Assembly: GCA_963764515.1 (NCBI GenBank)
Contig: CAVXSS010000002.1
Coordinates: forward strand, 1,313,044 to 1,377,043
Direction: 5' to 3'
Source: an uncultured Chloroflexia bacterium
GTDB lineage: Bacteria > Chloroflexota > Limnocylindria > Limnocylindrales > CSP1-4
DNA: 64,000 nt
Position numbers and translations under genes: made by a program. Below the pieces are notes generated by a model. That model made no database searches. It saw nothing but the letters and a program-made list of their open reading frames with translations, and was not told where the DNA came from. Each line of letters starts with the position of its first letter. The first letter of the stretch is position 1. Below are positions 9,250 through 18,915 of the stretch, in pieces.

Positions 9250-11295
9250 TTGACCTTGCCGATCCTGCCGAACCTCCATGGGCCTGCCGACCTGCGTGGC
9301 CTGTCGGAGGTCCAGCTCGCCCAGCTCGCCCTGGAGATCCGCGAGACGATCATCTCGACCGTCTCGGTCACGGGCGGCCATCTGGGCTCGTCGCTCGGCG
9401 TCGTCGAACTCACGCTCGCGCTGCACCGGCTGCTGGAATCGCCACGCGATCGCATCGTCTGGGACACCGGGCACCAGGCCTACCCGCACAAGCTCTTGAC
9501 CGGGCGCTTGGAACGCTTCGGGACGCTGCGCCAGCTCGACGGGGTCGGCGGGTTCCCACGCCGCTCCGAATTGCTGCATGACGTGTTCGATGGCGGCCAT
9601 GCCGGCACTGGCCTCTCGATCGCCGAGGGCCTGGCCGAGGCGCGCGACGTCCGGCACGGTCTCGAGCGCATCGCGGTCGTCGTCGGCGACGCGGCCCTGA
9701 TGAGCGGCCTCTCGCTCGAGGCCCTCAACGACATCGGCCAGCGCAAGACCCAGATGCTCATCGTCGTCAACGACAACGAGATGTCGATCAGCCCGACGGT
9801 CGGTGCCTTCTCGAAATACCTGAGCCAGATCAAGCTTTCGAGCGCGTGGCGCCAGGGCAAGAGCGCGTACGACCGGACGGTCGAGCGGATCCCTGTGGTC
9901 GGTCCATCGGTGCTCGAGCTCTCGAAGCGCCTCCGCCAGTCGGTCGTCAAGTTCGCCCAGCCGGGCCAGCTGTTCGAAGACCTTGGGATCACCTACATCG
10001 GTGTCGTGCCCGGTCACGACCTCCATGCATTGCTCGGGACGCTGGCTGCGGCGCTGGCCAATCCCGGTCCGACGATCGTGCACGTTCGGACGCAGAAGGG
10101 TCGCGGCTATCGGCCGGCCGAGGCCGACCAGGTCGGCTTCCATGGGGCGGCGCTGCCGCCGATGGCGCCGCCGGTCAACGGCGCCGATGGCGGCGGGACG
10201 GCGGCCGCTGGCAGCGGGGATGCCCCGGTCCTTCCCATGCCCACCGAGTCGATAGCCGACGACGCCGCACCACCGACGCGGGCCTTCGAGGCGCCGACGA
10301 AGCACCCGAACTACACGGCCGTCTTCGCGGCCGAGCTGATCGAGGCGGCTCGAGAAGACCGGCGCATCGTCGGGATCACGGCCGGCATGCCGACCGGGAC
10401 CGGCCTCTCGAAGTTCCAGGCCGAGTTCCCCGACCGCTTCTTCGATGTCGGCATCGCGGAACAGCACGCGGTGACGTTCGCGACCGGGCTCGCGCTGGGC
10501 GGCCTGCGACCGGTCGTCGCCATCTACTCGACGTTCCTGCAGCGGGCATTCGACCAGACCGTGCACGATGTCTGCCAGAACGATCAGCCGGTCCTGATCG
10601 CCGTGGATCGTGCGGGGCTCGTCGGCGAGGACGGCACCAGCCACCAGGGGATGTTCACGTTGTCGGCTCAGCGACAGCTGCCCAACCTGGTGGTCGCCTC
10701 TCCCCGTGATGAGCAGGAGCTGCGCTCGATGGTCCGGACGGCGTTCAGCCAGGATCATCCGTTCGCGCTGCACTACCCGCGCGACGCGGGCTTCGGGCTG
10801 CCATCCGTGGAGCCTGAGATCCTGCCGATCGGCCGCGGCGAGGTCCTTCGGGAGGGCCACGACCTGTTGTTCGTCGGCTTCGGGCCGATCGTCGCACGGG
10901 CGGTGGAGGCCGCGGACGCACTCGAGGCCGAGGGCTGGTCGATCGGGGTCATCAACGCCCGGTTCGCGAAGCCGCTCGACGGTCAGCTCATCCTCGACCA
11001 GGCCCGCGGTAAGCGACTCCTTGTCACGTTCGAGGAGAGCGTCGCGATCGGGGGCTTCGGCAGCGGCGTCCTCGAGGCGCTCGAAGAGGCGCGACTCACG
11101 GACCCGGCCCTGCGCGAGCTGGCCGTGCGGGTCATCGGCATCCCGGGCGATCGATTCGTCGACCACGGCTCGGTGGCGGACCTGCGCCGCGTCCTCCGCC
11201 TGGACGCCGCGGGTCTCACCTCACAGGTCCGCGACACGCTCGCGGTGCTCCAGGCCACGCCGGCCGCGCGTGAGGCGCCCAGCGCCGGCCGGTAG
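9250..11295 (+). CDS. dxs: 1-deoxy-D-xylulose-5-phosphate synthase
   Basis: TPP-binding GGHLGSSLGVVELTLALH, transketolase-like pyrimidine and C-terminal domains. TTG start at 9250 after an AAGGGAG RBS. The table ORF from 9049 carries an implausible N-extension. Confidence 0.9.
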   Translation: MTLPILPNLHGPADLRGLSEVQLAQLALEIRETIISTVSVTGGHLGSSLGVVELTLALHRLLESPRDRIVWDTGHQAYPHKLLTGRLERFGTLRQLDGVGGFPRRSELLHDVFDGGHAGTGLSIAEGLAEARDVRHGLERIAVVVGDAALMSGLSLEALNDIGQRKTQMLIVVNDNEMSISPTVGAFSKYLSQIKLSSAWRQGKSAYDRTVERIPVVGPSVLELSKRLRQSVVKFAQPGQLFEDLGITYIGVVPGHDLHALLGTLAAALANPGPTIVHVRTQKGRGYRPAEADQVGFHGAALPPMAPPVNGADGGGTAAAGSGDAPVLPMPTESIADDAAPPTRAFEAPTKHPNYTAVFAAELIEAAREDRRIVGITAGMPTGTGLSKFQAEFPDRFFDVGIAEQHAVTFATGLALGGLRPVVAIYSTFLQRAFDQTVHDVCQNDQPVLIAVDRAGLVGEDGTSHQGMFTLSAQRQLPNLVVASPRDEQELRSMVRTAFSQDHPFALHYPRDAGFGLPSVEPEILPIGRGEVLREGHDLLFVGFGPIVARAVEAADALEAEGWSIGVINARFAKPLDGQLILDQARGKRLLVTFEESVAIGGFGSGVLEALEEARLTDPALRELAVRVIGIPGDRFVDHGSVADLRRVLRLDAAGLTSQVRDTLAVLQATPAAREAPSAGR

Positions 11296-11563
11296 CGCCC
11301 GCGGCGCCCGCCGGGCGGCCCCCCGGCGTCTTGGTGCGCCCCACGCACCGAAACCTGCGCCGCACTCGGCGGCCGCTTCGCCACAACAGGGTCGTTGCGC
11401 CCGATGCACCGAATCCTGCGCCGCGGCAGCGTTTGTGCCCGGAGGGAGCCGTTTGAGCAAGAATCGTTGCGCACCACGCATCGAACATGCCTCGACGGCC
11501 CTACCCGGGGGTGCGCGGGCACCCGGCAAGCACGAATCCGTGCGTCCGACGCAGCACCGCACG
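11296..11563. repeat. cluster of degenerate GC-rich palindromic repeats (locus a of a dispersed family)
   Basis: Three or four imperfect units, e.g. TTGGTGCGCCCCACGCACCGAAACCTGCGCC and TTGCGCCCGATGCACCGAATCCTGCGCC. Core inverted repeat GGTGCG-N5-CGCACC. Related to repeats at 25.9, 32.7 and 46.6 kb. Confidence 0.5.
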
Positions 11564-12322
11564 TCACCGTCCGAGGCGAACACCAGGTGGCGGGTGTCGC
11601 ATCAACGTCGCCATGGTGCCGTGGACGTTCATCCAGACGATGCCGGCTCCGGGCCATGGCGCGTCGGGTGACGTCAGGGCCGCGATGACCTCGCCGGTGC
11701 GAGCCGGATAAGCAGCGGCCAGCGTGGCCTCGAACTGACGGGCAAGATCACGCGTCGTTGTCGTGGTACGCAGGATCAGGAGCCGCGAGACCTCCCGTGA
11801 ACCCTCGCCTCGGTCCTTGGAGGCAAGCTGCTCCCGAAGCCCGTCCGCCTTCTCGGCGCTCCACCGGATCTGCTGCTCCAGGCGTCGGAGGTCCGAGTAG
11901 GCCTCGCTCGCGACGTTGACCGCAGCACCTTCGTCGGTCAGCACGAGGTCGATGACGCCGCGCGCCGGATGGCTGATGGGGACCTCGAGATCGACACGCC
12001 ATCGCGGGTCGAGCGCACGCAGGAACGCCTCGACCATCGGCGCCTGGAATCGATCGTGAAGACGCGGTCCAGCGCCTGCGAAGTATCTCAGGCTCAGGTC
12101 GGCACCGAGCGCGATACCGATGGCGATGAGGCGCTCGAGCGACGGCTGCAGGAGACCTGCTTCGATCCGGCTGATCGTTGACGGATCGACGTCGACGACG
12201 GCGGCAAGGGCCCTCATGGAGACGTTAGCATCGACACGCAGCCGACGAACGTCCTCTCCGACCTGCAGGGTGAGCCGCCTCGACCGGCGGGCCGTCTCGA
12301 TCGTGACCTGGGTGGGGGTGGT
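11564..12322 (-). CDS. XRE-family helix-turn-helix transcriptional regulator
   Basis: N-terminal HTH (LRVDANVSMRALAAVVDVDPSTISRIEAG) plus a C-terminal domain, as in actinobacterial XRE/DUF5753-type regulators. Start MTTTPTQV chosen. The C-terminal tail runs into the repeat cluster. Confidence 0.6.
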   Translation of the reverse strand, partial: TTPTQVTIETARRSRRLTLQVGEDVRRLRVDANVSMRALAAVVDVDPSTISRIEAGLLQPSLERLIAIGIALGADLSLRYFAGAGPRLHDRFQAPMVEAFLRALDPRWRVDLEVPISHPARGVIDLVLTDEGAAVNVASEAYSDLRRLEQQIRWSAEKADGLREQLASKDRGEGSREVSRLLILRTTTTTRDLARQFEATLAAAYPARTGEVIAALTSPDAPWPGAGIVWMNVHGTMATLMRHPPPGVRLGR

Positions 12323-12450
12323 CGTCATCGACCGATGACACCATAGGCCGCTTAGCTGCGAGTTGCGGCGAGCGCCAGCATCGTGAACCGCAAGCCGCTG
12401 ACCGCACTTGAGGTGAGCCCGGGTGAAGCGGGCTGTGCCACGATAGGCGG

Positions 12451-12630
12451 GTGAGTCCGGCCGACAGCGCGACGACGAACGCAAAGACCAGGCGGGTCCG
12501 GCTCGACCAGTTGCTCGTGGAGCGGGGGTTGGTCGAGTCGCGCAGCCGCGCCCAGGCGCTCGTGCTGGCCGGCAAGGTCCGGGTGGGGGGGGCGACGCCG
12601 CCCGTCACGACCGCAAGCCCGGCGACCTGA
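12451..12630 (+). pseudogene. tlyA: tlyA 5' segment (S4 RNA-binding domain) in a different frame from the methyltransferase domain
   Basis: Frame 1 encodes [32 protein letters not shown] (TlyA S4 domain) and ends at TGA 12628-12630 after a G8 run at 12586-12593. The methyltransferase domain continues in frame 3. Confidence 0.55.
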
Positions 12631-12653
12631 TCGCGACGACCACCGACATCGAC

Positions 12654-13352
12654 GTGGACGAACCCGAGCCCTTCGTCAGCCGGGGCGGCCACAAGCTCGC
12701 GGCCGCGCTCGATGCCTTCGGGATCGATCCGGCCGGGCTCGTGTGCCTCGACGTCGGCGCCTCGACCGGCGGCTTCACGGATGTCCTGCTGCAGCGCGGT
12801 GCGAGCCGCGTCTACGCGCTCGACGTGGGACGCGGGCAGCTTGCCGAACCGCTGCGCCGCGAGCCGCGCGTCGTCTCGATGGAGCGCACGAACGCACGCA
12901 CCCTGACCTCGACGACGCTTCCCGAGCCGATCGCGCTCGCCACGATCGACGTCTCGTTCATCTCCCTGGACCTCGTCCTCAAGCCGGTCCTCGCGACGCT
13001 GGCCCATGCGGGCCACATCGTCGCGCTCGTCAAGCCGCAGTTCGAGGCGGGACGCGGCCGCACCGATCATGGCGTCGTCCGCGACCCGGCCGTGCACGCA
13101 GAGGTCCTGGAACGCATCGTGGATCGCGCCCAGGCGCTCGGTCTCGGGACCCGTGACGTCATCGCCTCGCCGCTCCTGGGGCCGCAGGGGAACCGCGAGT
13201 TCTTCGTTCACCTCGCGCCCGGACCCGGTTGTGCCGATGCCCCCAAGCGGATCGCGACCGTCACGACGCCACCGGAAGGCACGCCACCAGAAGGGACGCA
13301 ACGAGAAGGGACGCAACGAGAAGGCACGCAACGTAAAGGCACCCACACATGA
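12654..13352 (+). CDS. tlyA: 16S/23S rRNA (cytidine-2'-O)-methyltransferase TlyA, FtsJ-like methyltransferase domain portion
   Basis: VSRGGHKLAAALDAFGID...CLDVGASTGGFTDVLLQRGASRVYALDVGRGQL is the TlyA SAM-methyltransferase signature. ATGA overlap with nadK. Confidence 0.75.
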   Translation: MDEPEPFVSRGGHKLAAALDAFGIDPAGLVCLDVGASTGGFTDVLLQRGASRVYALDVGRGQLAEPLRREPRVVSMERTNARTLTSTTLPEPIALATIDVSFISLDLVLKPVLATLAHAGHIVALVKPQFEAGRGRTDHGVVRDPAVHAEVLERIVDRAQALGLGTRDVIASPLLGPQGNREFFVHLAPGPGCADAPKRIATVTTPPEGTPPEGTQREGTQREGTQRKGTHT

Positions 13353-14194
13353 CCGTCCAGCGGATCGGTTTCGCCTACAACCCCACGATCGAGGCAGCCG
13401 TCGAACTGAGCGCACGGGCGACGGGCTGGTGCCAGATGCGCGACATCGACGAGTGGCAGGCGCCGGCCGACGACATCGACGTCCTGCTGCGCGAGCTGCC
13501 CACGACCGACGCGCTCGTCGTCCTCGGCGGCGACGGCACCTTCCTGCGGGCGGTCCGCGCCGTGGCCGAGGTCGATGTCCCCATCCTCGGCATCAACCTC
13601 GGCAAGGTCGGCTTCCTCTCGAAGGCGGAGGCCGGCGACCTGGGGGCCGTGCTCGAACACATCCGAACCGGCGAGTACCAGATCTCCGAGCGGATGGCCC
13701 TCGAGGGGGTCATCCTTCGGGACGGCCATCCGATCGACGGCGAGCGCCACGTCGCGCTCAACGATTTCGTCGTGGCGCGCGGTTCGCTGGCGCGCGTCTG
13801 CCGGTTCGATGTCGCGATCGACGACTCCCATCTCGCCACGTTCATCTCGGACGGCCTGATCATCGCGACGCCGACGGGCTCGACCGGCTATTCGTTCTCG
13901 GCCGGCGGTCCGATCGTCGATCCGGTCAGCCGGAACATCGTGGTCACGCCCATCGCCGCCTACCTCTCGGCCATTCGCTCGGTCGTCGTGAGCCCGCAAC
14001 AGGTCGTGCGCTGTCGCGTCGTCGACGCGCACGAAGCCCTCGTCTCGATCGACGGTCGCGTCGACATCCCGATCAAGGTCGGCGATCTCGTGGAGGTCCG
14101 GGCCGTGGAACGGCCGATCCGCCTCATCGAACCGACGGGCGCGCAGCCCTTCTGGGACCTGCTGCGCCACAAGGTCGCCCTGCTGCCGTCGTGA
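13349..14194 (+). CDS. nadK: NAD kinase
   Basis: GGDGTFLRA motif and NAD-kinase fold. 281 aa. GTGA overlap with recN. Confidence 0.9.
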   Translation: MTVQRIGFAYNPTIEAAVELSARATGWCQMRDIDEWQAPADDIDVLLRELPTTDALVVLGGDGTFLRAVRAVAEVDVPILGINLGKVGFLSKAEAGDLGAVLEHIRTGEYQISERMALEGVILRDGHPIDGERHVALNDFVVARGSLARVCRFDVAIDDSHLATFISDGLIIATPTGSTGYSFSAGGPIVDPVSRNIVVTPIAAYLSAIRSVVVSPQQVVRCRVVDAHEALVSIDGRVDIPIKVGDLVEVRAVERPIRLIEPTGAQPFWDLLRHKVALLPS

Positions 14195-15915
14195 TCGGGC
14201 GACTTCTTGAGCTCGCGGTCACCGACCTGGCGCTCATCGAGCGCCTGCGGCTCTCGCTCGAGCCGGGCTTCAACGTCCTCACGGGGGAGACCGGCGCTGG
14301 CAAGAGCCTGATCATCGATGCGCTCGGGCTCGCGCTCGGGGCACGGGCGGATACGTCGCTCGTGCGGCACGGCGCCGAGATCGCACGGGTCGAGGCACTC
14401 TTCGATCGCCTGCCGGAGCCGCTCATCGCGGTTCGCGAGGTGGCCGCGGGCGGACGCTCGACGGCACGCGTCGACGACGAGACGGTCACCGCGGCCCGCC
14501 TGGCCGACGAGGTCGGGCCGCTCGTCGAGATCCACGGCCAGCACGACCAGCAGCGGCTCCTCGACGAGCGCTGGCAGCGCGACCTCCTCGACGGGTTCGG
14601 CGGGCACGCAAGCCTGCGGACGGCCATGGCCGATGCCGTGGAGGCGTGGCGAGCCAACCGGGCTGCCCTCGCCGAGCTCATCGGCGATCCCCGTGAGCTT
14701 GCCCGCCGCCTCGAGCTCCTCGAGTACGAGGCCGGGGAGATCGCCTCAGCCCGCCTCCGCCCCGGCGAGGCCGACGAGATCCGCGCCCGTCTCGCGGCCG
14801 CCCAGCACGGGGAGGCCATCGCGCGGGGCTCGGCGGCCGTCCACGAGGCCCTGACCGCGGAGAATGGGGGAGCGCGCGATGGGATCGCGGTCGCCCTGCG
14901 CGAGGCGCGGGTCGTCGCACGGGTGGACCCACGGTACGAACCGCTGGCGGAACGGCTGGCCGGCCTCGAGGCGGAGCTGACCGATGTGGCCGCCGAGGCC
15001 CGGGCGCTCGCCGAGACCGTCGAGCACGATCCGGCCGCGCTGGCCGCGCTCGAGGAGCGCCTCGGGACGATCTACTCGCTCGAACGCCGCTACGGCGACG
15101 GGGAGGCCGCGGTCATCGCCCACGGCGAACGCGCCCAGGCCGAGGCCGAGCGCCTGCATGGGCTCGATGGCGAACGGGCGCGACGCGATGCCGACGATGC
15201 CCGCCTGCTCGGTGCGATCGGGCGAGCGGCCGACGCCCTGTCCGCGGCTCGTCGCACGGCCGCGGGCGCGATGACCGCCGCTGTCGGCGCGGCGCTCGCG
15301 GACCTGGGCTTCGCCGAGGGCGTGTTCGAGGTCGCCCTGGGCCGCCGGATCGCCGGTCCCGCGGAGCCGGCGGTGGAGCTCGACGGCGACGCGGTCGCGT
15401 TCGATGCGGCGGGGGTCGATGAGGTCGTCTACCGATTGGCCCCGAACCCGGGAGAGCCGCCGCGTGCGCTGGCCAGGATCGCGTCGGGTGGCGAACTGTC
15501 CCGGGTCGCACTCGCCATCAAGCAGGTCCTTGCCGAGGCCGACGAGACGCCCACGCTCGTGTTCGACGAGGTCGATTCGGGCATCGGTGGCCGGAGCGCC
15601 GACCCGGTCGGACGGAGCCTCTGGACGCTGGCCCGCCGCCACCAGGTCCTGTGCGTCACGCACCTGCCCCAGATCGCCGCCCACGCCGATGCCCAGTTCC
15701 GCATCACGAAGCGAGAACGCGACGGCCGCACGGTCACCGAGGTCGAGCGCCTCGATCGCGAAGGCCGGATCGTCGAGCTTGCCCAGATGCTGGGGAGTGG
15801 CACGACCGGCCCCGACGGGACCGCCGGCCCGACGGGCGCGGCCGGCCTCGCCGCCGCACGCGAACTCCTCGACCGGGCCGAGGCATGGCGCGGCGGGGTG
15901 GCGACGGCCGGCTGA
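14191..15915 (+). CDS. recN: DNA repair protein RecN
   Basis: N-terminal Walker A (FNVLTGETGAGKSLIIDAL), long coiled coil, C-terminal signature/Walker B (FDEVDSGIGG). GTG start overlapping the nadK stop. Confidence 0.9.
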   Translation: MIGRLLELAVTDLALIERLRLSLEPGFNVLTGETGAGKSLIIDALGLALGARADTSLVRHGAEIARVEALFDRLPEPLIAVREVAAGGRSTARVDDETVTAARLADEVGPLVEIHGQHDQQRLLDERWQRDLLDGFGGHASLRTAMADAVEAWRANRAALAELIGDPRELARRLELLEYEAGEIASARLRPGEADEIRARLAAAQHGEAIARGSAAVHEALTAENGGARDGIAVALREARVVARVDPRYEPLAERLAGLEAELTDVAAEARALAETVEHDPAALAALEERLGTIYSLERRYGDGEAAVIAHGERAQAEAERLHGLDGERARRDADDARLLGAIGRAADALSAARRTAAGAMTAAVGAALADLGFAEGVFEVALGRRIAGPAEPAVELDGDAVAFDAAGVDEVVYRLAPNPGEPPRALARIASGGELSRVALAIKQVLAEADETPTLVFDEVDSGIGGRSADPVGRSLWTLARRHQVLCVTHLPQIAAHADAQFRITKRERDGRTVTEVERLDREGRIVELAQMLGSGTTGPDGTAGPTGAAGLAAARELLDRAEAWRGGVATAG

Positions 15916-15945
15916 CCCGGCCCGTCGACGACCGCCCGTCACGAT

Positions 15946-16893
15946 ATGGCCACCAGATCGACCCTCGACACCGCCATCGACGACTATCTCGCCTATCTCG
16001 CGCTCGAGCGCGGCCTCGCGCCGGCCACGATCCGCGCCTACCGGGGTGACCTCGCCGATTTCGCGGCCAGCCGCGGGACGACGGCCGATTGGGCCCGTTC
16101 GCCGGATGCGGTGGTGGGTTACCTGGCCGCCAGGACGCGACGCGGGCGCCCGCACGACCCCGGGCTCGCCCCGACGAGCCTCCGCCGCCGCGCCGCGGCG
16201 CTCAAGGGGTTCTACCGGTTCGCGTACGGCGAGGGCCTGATCGGGACCGACATCGCGGCCCACCTCGACCTGCCTCGCCAGTCACGCCTGCTGCCGGAGA
16301 CCCTCACGGTCGAGGAGACCGACCGCCTCCTCGTGGCGGCGGGCGGCGACGATCCCGACGAACGCGATCACGACCGTCGCCTGCGCGACCGGGCCCTGCT
16401 CGAGCTGCTCTATGCGGCAGGCCTGCGCATCAGCGAGGCCCTTCGCCTCGACGCGGAGGACCTCTCGACCGATGGCGGGTTCGTGCGCGTCATCGGCAAG
16501 GGCGACAAGGAGCGGCTGGTACCGGTCGGCGACGTGGCCCTCGACTGGCTCGCTCGCTGGTCCGAGGGGCCGCGGCAACCTCTCCTGGCGCTCGGGCACG
16601 CCGGGTCCGCGCGTGGCGGCCCCGTGTACCTGGGGGATCGCGGCCGACGGCTGGCTCGGCAGCAGGCGTGGACCGCGGTCAAGGCCGCAGCCCGGACGGC
16701 CGGGCTTGCCGACCGCGTCAGCCCGCACACGCTTCGCCACTCATTCGCGACGCATCTCCTGGAGGGCGGAGCCGACCTGCGCATCGTTCAGGAGTTGCTC
16801 GGACATGCGAGTATCAGCACGACTCAGCTGTACACGCATCTGACCGGAGAGCGGATCCGCGACGTGTACCGTCGCGCCCACCCGAGGGCCTAA
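15946..16893 (+). CDS. xerD: site-specific tyrosine recombinase XerD
   Basis: Catalytic C-terminus HTLRHSFATHLLEGGADLRIVQELLGHASISTTQLYTHL. 315 aa. Confidence 0.9.
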   Translation: MATRSTLDTAIDDYLAYLALERGLAPATIRAYRGDLADFAASRGTTADWARSPDAVVGYLAARTRRGRPHDPGLAPTSLRRRAAALKGFYRFAYGEGLIGTDIAAHLDLPRQSRLLPETLTVEETDRLLVAAGGDDPDERDHDRRLRDRALLELLYAAGLRISEALRLDAEDLSTDGGFVRVIGKGDKERLVPVGDVALDWLARWSEGPRQPLLALGHAGSARGGPVYLGDRGRRLARQQAWTAVKAAARTAGLADRVSPHTLRHSFATHLLEGGADLRIVQELLGHASISTTQLYTHLTGERIRDVYRRAHPRA

Positions 16894-16910
16894 AGGGAGG
16901 CACACGCCAG

Positions 16911-17738
16911 ATGGGCTTCGCCGAATCCTTGATGTCGACCGGTGAACGGATCACGCATCGCGAGAAGCAGCACTGGTTCGTGTTCGTGTGGGGAGCGCGC
17001 TTCACGATCCTGGCGCTGATCGTCGGCCTGATCCTGGCCTTCATCGGCGCGGGCATGGCGCAGGACGGCTTCTCCGGTAGCGTCCGGACCATCCTCACCT
17101 GGGTGGTCGTGATCATCTTCGTCGTCGGGCTCGCGGTGCTGGTCTGGACCGTGCTCCACTACCTGAACCAGGAATACATCATCACCAACCGCCGCGTGCT
17201 CCAGGTGAGTGGGGTCCTCAACAAGGCCTCGAGCGACAGTTCGCTCGAGAAGATCAACGACGCACGCCTCGAGCAGTCGCTCGTCGGGCGGATGTTCGGG
17301 TTCGGAGACCTCGACGTCATGACCGCCGCCGAGGTCGGCATCGAGCGCTTCCGCATGATCAAGGATCCGATCGGGTTCAAGAAGGCGATGCTCGACGCCA
17401 AGCACGAGTTCGAGATCGACATGGAGCGGCAGAGTTGGCCGCCGAGCCCGCCCGCCCGCGCGCCGGGCGATGGATCCTCAGCAAGCCCCGACAGTCCGAC
17501 GACGACCACACCGCTGCCCGGTGGCGCGCCGGCGGCCGTCGCCGCGGCCCCGATGGTCGCGCCGGCCCCGGCCGCCCCGCCGGCCCAGCCCGCCGCGCCG
17601 GCCCAGCCCGCGCCGCGCGACCTGAGCCCCGACGAGGTCACGCGGACGCTCGCGAGCCTCGCCGACCTTCGCGATCGAGGCGCCATCAGCGCCGAGGAAT
17701 ATGAGACGAAGAAGGCCGACCTGCTCGGACGACTCTGA
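16911..17738 (+). CDS. membrane PH-domain (bPH_2/YdbT-like) protein with C-terminal SHOCT domain
   Basis: Two TM helices flank a PH-like domain (YIITNRRVLQVSG). P/A-rich linker. C-terminal SHOCT-like LASLADLRDRGAISAEEYETKKADLL. RBS AAAGGGAGG upstream. Confidence 0.7.
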   Translation: MGFAESLMSTGERITHREKQHWFVFVWGARFTILALIVGLILAFIGAGMAQDGFSGSVRTILTWVVVIIFVVGLAVLVWTVLHYLNQEYIITNRRVLQVSGVLNKASSDSSLEKINDARLEQSLVGRMFGFGDLDVMTAAEVGIERFRMIKDPIGFKKAMLDAKHEFEIDMERQSWPPSPPARAPGDGSSASPDSPTTTTPLPGGAPAAVAAAPMVAPAPAAPPAQPAAPAQPAPRDLSPDEVTRTLASLADLRDRGAISAEEYETKKADLLGRL

Positions 17739-17801
17739 CCGGTCGCGGCCGCACGTGTCGGTCGCGGCTACGATACGCAGGACTCGCTTGCTGAGGACCC
17801 A

Positions 17802-18446
17802 TTGAACCAGATCGCGGAATTCGTCTCGCCCGACAAGGTCATCCTCATCGCCATCTTCCTGCTCATCGGCTTCCCGGTCCACGAGTTCTCCCACGCCTTC
17901 GTGGCCTACCGGCTCGGAGACGCCACGGCGAAGCTGTTCGGACGGCTGACCCTCAATCCGGCCGCCCACTTCGACCCGATCGGCGGCCTCATGCTCGTCG
18001 TGTCGGTGCTGGCCGGTGGCGTCGCCTTCGGTTGGGCCAAGCCGACGCCCGTCAACCCGAGCAACCTCATCGACCGACGCAACGGCGAGGTCGCGGTGTC
18101 GCTCGCCGGCCCGGCCTCGAACCTGATCATGGCCGCGGTCGTGGCGCTCGTGATCCGCGCCCTCGTGGCCACCGGCGTGATCTTCGATGTCCCCGATCTC
18201 GTGCAGCAGGTGCTCTTCTCGTTCGTGGTGTACAACGTCGCCCTGGCCATCTTCAATCTCATCCCGGTGCCACCGCTCGACGGGTCCGCGCTGCTGTTCC
18301 GTCTGATCCCGCTCCGATACGCCTGGCAGGTCCGACCGCTCCTCCAGCAATACGGGTTCTTCATCCTGATCGCGATCATCCTGTTCGGTGGTCGCATCAT
18401 CTCCCCCCTCATCATCAATGTCGCGCGCTTCCTGGTGGGCCTGTAA
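17802..18446 (+). CDS. site-2 protease family (peptidase M50) membrane protein
   Basis: HEFSHA zinc motif (HExxH) in a TM helix. Polytopic. 214 aa. TTG start assumed. Confidence 0.7.
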   Translation: MNQIAEFVSPDKVILIAIFLLIGFPVHEFSHAFVAYRLGDATAKLFGRLTLNPAAHFDPIGGLMLVVSVLAGGVAFGWAKPTPVNPSNLIDRRNGEVAVSLAGPASNLIMAAVVALVIRALVATGVIFDVPDLVQQVLFSFVVYNVALAIFNLIPVPPLDGSALLFRLIPLRYAWQVRPLLQQYGFFILIAIILFGGRIISPLIINVARFLVGL

Positions 18447-18480
18447 GGTCCGCCAGTTCCGGACGCACCTGCGGGCCCGC

Positions 18481-18915
18481 GTGACCCCCGAGGAGCGGTC
18501 GGCGCTGGCGGCCTGGACGGCACCGCCCCAACTGGCGCTCTTCGATGCGATGCACGTCGCCGATCGGCGGCACGGTCTCGACGTCGTCGCGTCGCTGCGG
18601 GCGGCCGGGGTGACCGAGCCGGACGTCCTCCGTGCCGGGTTACTCCACGACGCGGGCAAGGGCGATGCTGGCGTCTGGCCCCGGGTCGCGTACTCACTGG
18701 GGCAGGCGTACGGCTCGTGGGTCTGGCGAGTGGCGCGATTCCTGCCAGGCTTCACGGCCGCCCTGGACCGGCTGGCGACCCACGCGGAGACGTCGGCTGC
18801 CCTCGCAGCGCAGGCGGGTTGCAGCACCCGGGCCGTGGACCTGATCCGTCACCAGGACGCGCCACGCGACCCCGAATTCGGAGAGCTGCTGCGCCTCGCC
18901 GACGAGGCGAACTGA
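18481..18915 (+). CDS. HD-domain phosphohydrolase-like protein
   Basis: H...HD motif (AMHVADRRHG...AGLLHDAGK). The table ORF starts at 18388 but overlaps the M50 gene, so GTG 18481 was chosen. Start uncertain. Confidence 0.55.
   Translation: MTPEERSALAAWTAPPQLALFDAMHVADRRHGLDVVASLRAAGVTEPDVLRAGLLHDAGKGDAGVWPRVAYSLGQAYGSWVWRVARFLPGFTAALDRLATHAETSAALAAQAGCSTRAVDLIRHQDAPRDPEFGELLRLADEAN

Noticed and set aside
13006-15915. 969-aa ORF fusing the region over tlyA/nadK with recN
   Set aside because: Only the recN part (from the GTG at 14191) has homology. The upstream part is an out-of-frame read-through over tlyA and nadK.
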